From Eledone cirrhosa (taxonomy: Eukaryota), in the NCBI GenBank assembly GCA_964016885.1, contig OZ024755.1:12028001-12092000 (forward strand): 64,000 bases of DNA, in the 5' to 3' direction. A model generated the notes under the pieces. It had not been told where the DNA came from, did not search any database, and saw only the letters and a program-made list of their open reading frames with translations. Of this stretch, positions 58,995 through 64,000 are shown in pieces. Made by a program: the position numbers and the translations under genes. How positions within the stretch are numbered: the stretch's first letter is position 1; each line of letters begins with the position of its first letter.

Positions 58995-59033
58995 TGAGCA
59001 AGTACTTTCATACTTTCGCAATCTTCAGGTTCA
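58995..59033 (-). ncRNA. Minimal hammerhead ribozyme (family K, left arm)
   Basis: Mirror of 59105-59143. Confidence 0.75.
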
Positions 59034-59104
59034 TAATGTGTGGTGACAGTCAAGTTTGCAATTTCAACTGTGAAAATTGCAAACTTGACTGTCACCACAC
59101 ATTA

Positions 59105-59143
59105 TGAACCTGAAGATTGCGAAAGTATGAAAGTACTTGCTCA
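59105..59143 (+). ncRNA. Minimal hammerhead ribozyme (family K)
   Basis: tgaac-CTGAAGA-ttgc gaaa gtat-GAAA-GTAC-TT-gctca. Stem III palindrome AGTACT, stem I pairs 4 of 5. Confidence 0.75.
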
Positions 59144-60382
59144 ATTAACACTTAACATTTAATATTCTATCATACTATTTCATTATAATACCATTATAAA
59201 TTTTAAAGGATTGTAAATAAAACGAGTAAATCAGACAAAGTTAGAATTCCTCTTATTAATATATATATATATATGTTTGTTTATATATACACATTGGATG
59301 ATTACAAACGACTGGGGAAACTCGAGTAGAAGTCAACCGAGATATACAATAAATACAATTCTAACAAATGTAAAGTTACCACATAAGTATATGTCATTTA
59401 TATAGTTACAAATCTAAAACCAATCCTACAACTGAATGTTAATATGCATATATAGTTGAATAGGTCAGGTAAATTACCTTTGGAGGCGAATAAAGGTGAA
59501 CAGGTGTGTATGTGTGAAATTGTTATTAATGTTGTCTAGTTAGATTTTCCCTGACGTTGCTGGCTTCGTAGAAAACATGATAAAAAGGTTGAGAGAACAT
59601 TTCAGTCATTTCACGGACACAACATCTTCTCAACTGAAAATGCACCTTGTACAATAGTTGGCGTTAGGAAGGGCATCCACTCTTAGAAAACCTAACAAAA
59701 GGGTTGAGAAGATCTTTCGGTTCTGACAAAGACCCAGCAACCTTTCTGTTGTAGTGCCACAATCAAACGCACCCAGTACACACCGTAAAGTGATTAGGGA
59801 TAGAAAGAGTATCTAGTCGGAGAAAACTTGCCAAATAAAGGCTCGGGGGTTGGGATAATATTTATCTCACAGATATGACAGCCTCCCTAGTGCTGGTTCA
59901 CTCTACAAAGTGCAGAAATGTATGTAAACTTGATGCCGGTGCCTCATCCGTCTAAGAGGTCAGATACATTGATTGGGTTGTAACATGATCTGTGGCGACC
60001 CGTCCAAACTTAGCTAGCCTGAACAATAGACGTTAGATAATGATGATACATGAAAGAGATTACATACACGGATTTTAAGGTTTCGTACAAACGCCCTGAT
60101 ATTTGACTGTAGCTATCAAGGAATTGAGACGTTCCTGCATATACAAATATCGCAAGCATCAGAAGATAAACATTTCTGGTGCTATGCAGACTACTGAAGA
60201 CATATTTTCATACCAGAACCCAGACAAGACTGCTACACATACATCCACAAGTAAAGAAATGTGTTTGATTAATGTAGACATGATAATCTAAACAATAATA
60301 AAGTAAGAAGCGCGGGACTGCGTACGGCTTATCATTTTTTTATCCCCTTAGTAAAATAAGTTGGATTACTTGAATAAATAAT

Positions 60383-60568
60383 TGTTTCTACTATTGGCAC
60401 AAGGCCAGAAATTACCCAGTACATTACTGGTACTTTATTTTATCGACCCCGTAAGGATGAAAGGCAAAGTTAACCTCGGCGGGATTTGAACTCAGAATAG
60501 CAAGGGCCGTAACTCTATGCATCAAAGCATGGCGTCCGACCCTCTACCGATACTGCCAATCCACCGCC
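60383..60568 (-). mobile_element. Full-length SINE family 1 with 18 bp TSD
   Basis: TSD attacttgaataaataat at 60365-60382 and 60569-60586. Confidence 0.9.
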
Positions 60569-60737
60569 ATTACTTGAATAAATAATGAATGAATATTACA
60601 TAATTTATCTACTAAATTTCGTGGCTGTTCATTAAATATATTTTATTACTTATTTAAAGATTCACTTCTTTAAAACTTTCAACTGTCAACACTTCCGGTT
60701 AATGATCGTTTAAATAAATATTCATATATTTCTGACA

Positions 60738-61051
60738 TTACGTTACTGATTAGTGCTTAGCAGTCTTCGTTCAATTTCTGTTTTTATTGTCAATTACGAT
60801 TTTATTTGATCATATCTACATGCCTATATACTTGCGTATAATATCAATATATACACTACACATGCTAGGAGATATATAATATCGTCTTATTTTAATGTAT
60901 CATGGATTACGTTACTGATTACATAAGAGAGTGTAACACAGTCTTCGTTCAATTTCTGTGTATATTGTCAATTACGGTTTTTATTTGATGTATCATATCT
61001 ACATGCATATATACTTGAGTATAATATCAATATACACACTACACATGCTAG
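60738..61051. repeat. Imperfect tandem duplication (period about 170 bp)
   Basis: ttacgttactgatta...cagtcttcgttcaatttctg...cactacacatgctag occurs twice. Confidence 0.8.
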
Positions 61052-61123
61052 CAGAAAACCACCCGAAGAGTGCTTCTTCCTGCTAGTCTTACGTAACTAT
61101 TGAAAATTGATTCGTGTATGTGA

Positions 61124-62125
<1,002 letters not shown>

Positions 62126-62268
62126 CAAATGGATATTTAATTTGTTGGTAATTCAACAAATATATTTATAACAGATTTATAACAAATATATTTAAAACGT
62201 ATCCGGGTGAAACTTGAACCGTTAAGGTCTCATTCCTGAATATGTCAATATTTATAAAACAAACTTTG

Positions 62269-62329
62269 TATTTTATCTGATGAGTGCGTACCAAAGTTTT
62301 GGTACCCTTGAAATATATATAATAGAATA
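62269..62329 (+). ncRNA. Type I hammerhead ribozyme (family B, element 62124-62370)
   Basis: tattttat-CTGATGA-gtgc gtaccaaa gt tttggtac cctt-GAAA-TATATA-TA-atagaata. Confidence 0.8.
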
Positions 62330-62422
62330 AATATGGTTTTATAAATATAGTTTCCATTTATTAATATATGACGTACATGTGTAGTCGTACACACACACAC
62401 ATATACCACACACACACACATA

Positions 62423-62833
<411 letters not shown>

Positions 62834-63161
62834 CTGCGATGCATGTGTGTGGTTATAAACATAGTTTTGTTGCAGATGGAATTAGTATTTCTATTTGATA
62901 TATTCTCATAGCACATCTGACAAACAGTTTCGAAGATATACTTCATCTTCTAGTTTATGCTTATTGGGAGAAGATGCAGATGGAAAATATCTATATAACA
63001 GGGCCTTGGTGTTTTTCTGAATTTAGTGAGGGGATTCGTCGCAGTAGTGGTGATGCTGTCTGTGTTGTTGTTGTTGTTAATGACCGATAGCCATTTGCGC
63101 TAATAGCCAGCTCGGCAAAAATAATAAAAATCATAAATAAAATCATTAATATATATATATA

Positions 63162-63359
63162 TAGGAAAAAGTATGACCCCGACGGCAGAGCTCAAGCCAT
63201 ATCGACAGCTATTTCTCGACTGAGTCCAGAAATAGCCGTCGAAACGGCTTGAGCTCTGCCGTCGGGGTCATACTTTTTCCTAGTTCCCACTCTACTACCC
63301 TAAGTATTGAGTACACTGGTGCGTTATGGTCCATCTGGTTCCTTACCACAATTCCTTTG

Positions 63360-63361
<2 letters not shown>
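63162..63361 (+). mobile_element. Family A fold-back element
   Basis: Palindrome 63162-63282 plus tail, with (TA)n flanks. Confidence 0.85.
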
Positions 63362-63399
<38 letters not shown>

Positions 63400-63777
63400 T
63401 CGCCCTTCCACTCTCTGCTTCTCCCCCTCTCACTTGCTCCCGTTTGGCCTGTGCGGGCTCCTTTCTCACTCACACCTCACCTACGTCGGATGGTCTGTAT
63501 ATCTTTCTCGCCCATGAAATTAGCTGAATAGATATCATGTGCTTGTTTCTTCCTATCTTTCCGTTGCTATACCTTGTTTGTTTGTTTATTTGTCTCGCTC
63601 GCTTTACGCGATATTACTTGTCCCAATAGCTTTATTTAGCTATTGCTCGCACCAACTAGAGGTATATTATTTTTAAAGCGATGAAATACCAATGAAGGTT
63701 GGAAAATGACTGATGAAGGACTAATTTTTTTCCTACATATATATATACGTACGTACACACACATGCATATATATATA

Positions 63778-63884
63778 ATACATTATGAAGAGAGAAGAAA
63801 CATTAGATACTATTAATAAGATATATCATACCCAAACTGCTTCTTTAGTCCCCGACTACGTAGTTTCGTGGCATATTATGCAAA

Positions 63885-63888
<4 letters not shown>
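63778..63888 (-). mobile_element. 5'-truncated (TA)n insert with the 3' half of an HHR
   Basis: Minus strand reads GAAA-CTACGTAG-TC (63854-63867), a palindromic stem III with a GUC triplet. CUGANGA is absent. Confidence 0.55.
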
Positions 63889-63951
<63 letters not shown>

Positions 63952-63957
<6 letters not shown>

Positions 63958-64000
63958 GTGAGGTTTTTTTTACAAAATGAAAAATAACCGAGGTGTCCTA
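63952..64000 (-). mobile_element. Family C tail, cut by the window end
   Basis: Matches 4179-4226. Confidence 0.8.

Larger units (their letters stand above)
58838..59263. mobile_element. Family K fold-back element, near-perfect ~190 bp arms
   Basis: Palindrome 58875-59263 centred near 59068, with a probable tail at 58838-58874. Confidence 0.85.

Noticed and set aside
63710-63740. CTGATGA followed by an agga/tcct hairpin
   Set aside because: No GAAA or stem III follows.

Overview
AT-rich, microsatellite-dense animal genomic DNA, intergenic or intronic. The tRNA-derived SINE families and (TA)n load resemble a coleoid cephalopod such as Octopus, but this is my inference, not a database match. 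I see no intact host gene, and nearly all listed ORFs are microsatellite artefacts. Conventional content: many SINEs (some with 16-23 bp TSDs), mariner- and piggyBac-like MITEs, a non-autonomous Helitron, a decayed IS630/Tc1-mariner transposase, 3' fragments of an RTE LINE and an RLE-type LINE, and several minisatellites. The main signal is about a dozen unrelated short, ORF-less element families inserted in (TA)n tracts. They carry about 16 type I hammerhead ribozyme (HHR) cores (stem I-CUGANGA-stem II-GAAA-short, mostly palindromic stem III-NUH-stem I'), plus partial and variant cores. Most insertions are head-to-head fold-backs in which one arm has an extra family-specific 25-85 nt tail. 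Two families form closed tandem monomers (467 bp and about 430 bp) with one HHR each. In several copies the inversion point lies within a few nt of the predicted cleavage site or at the stem II hairpin. Together this suggests a diverse set of non-autonomous, Penelope-mobilised, retrozyme-like (probably circular RNA) elements targeting (TA)n. All structures were paired by eye, family letters are my own labels, and coordinates may be off by a few bases.
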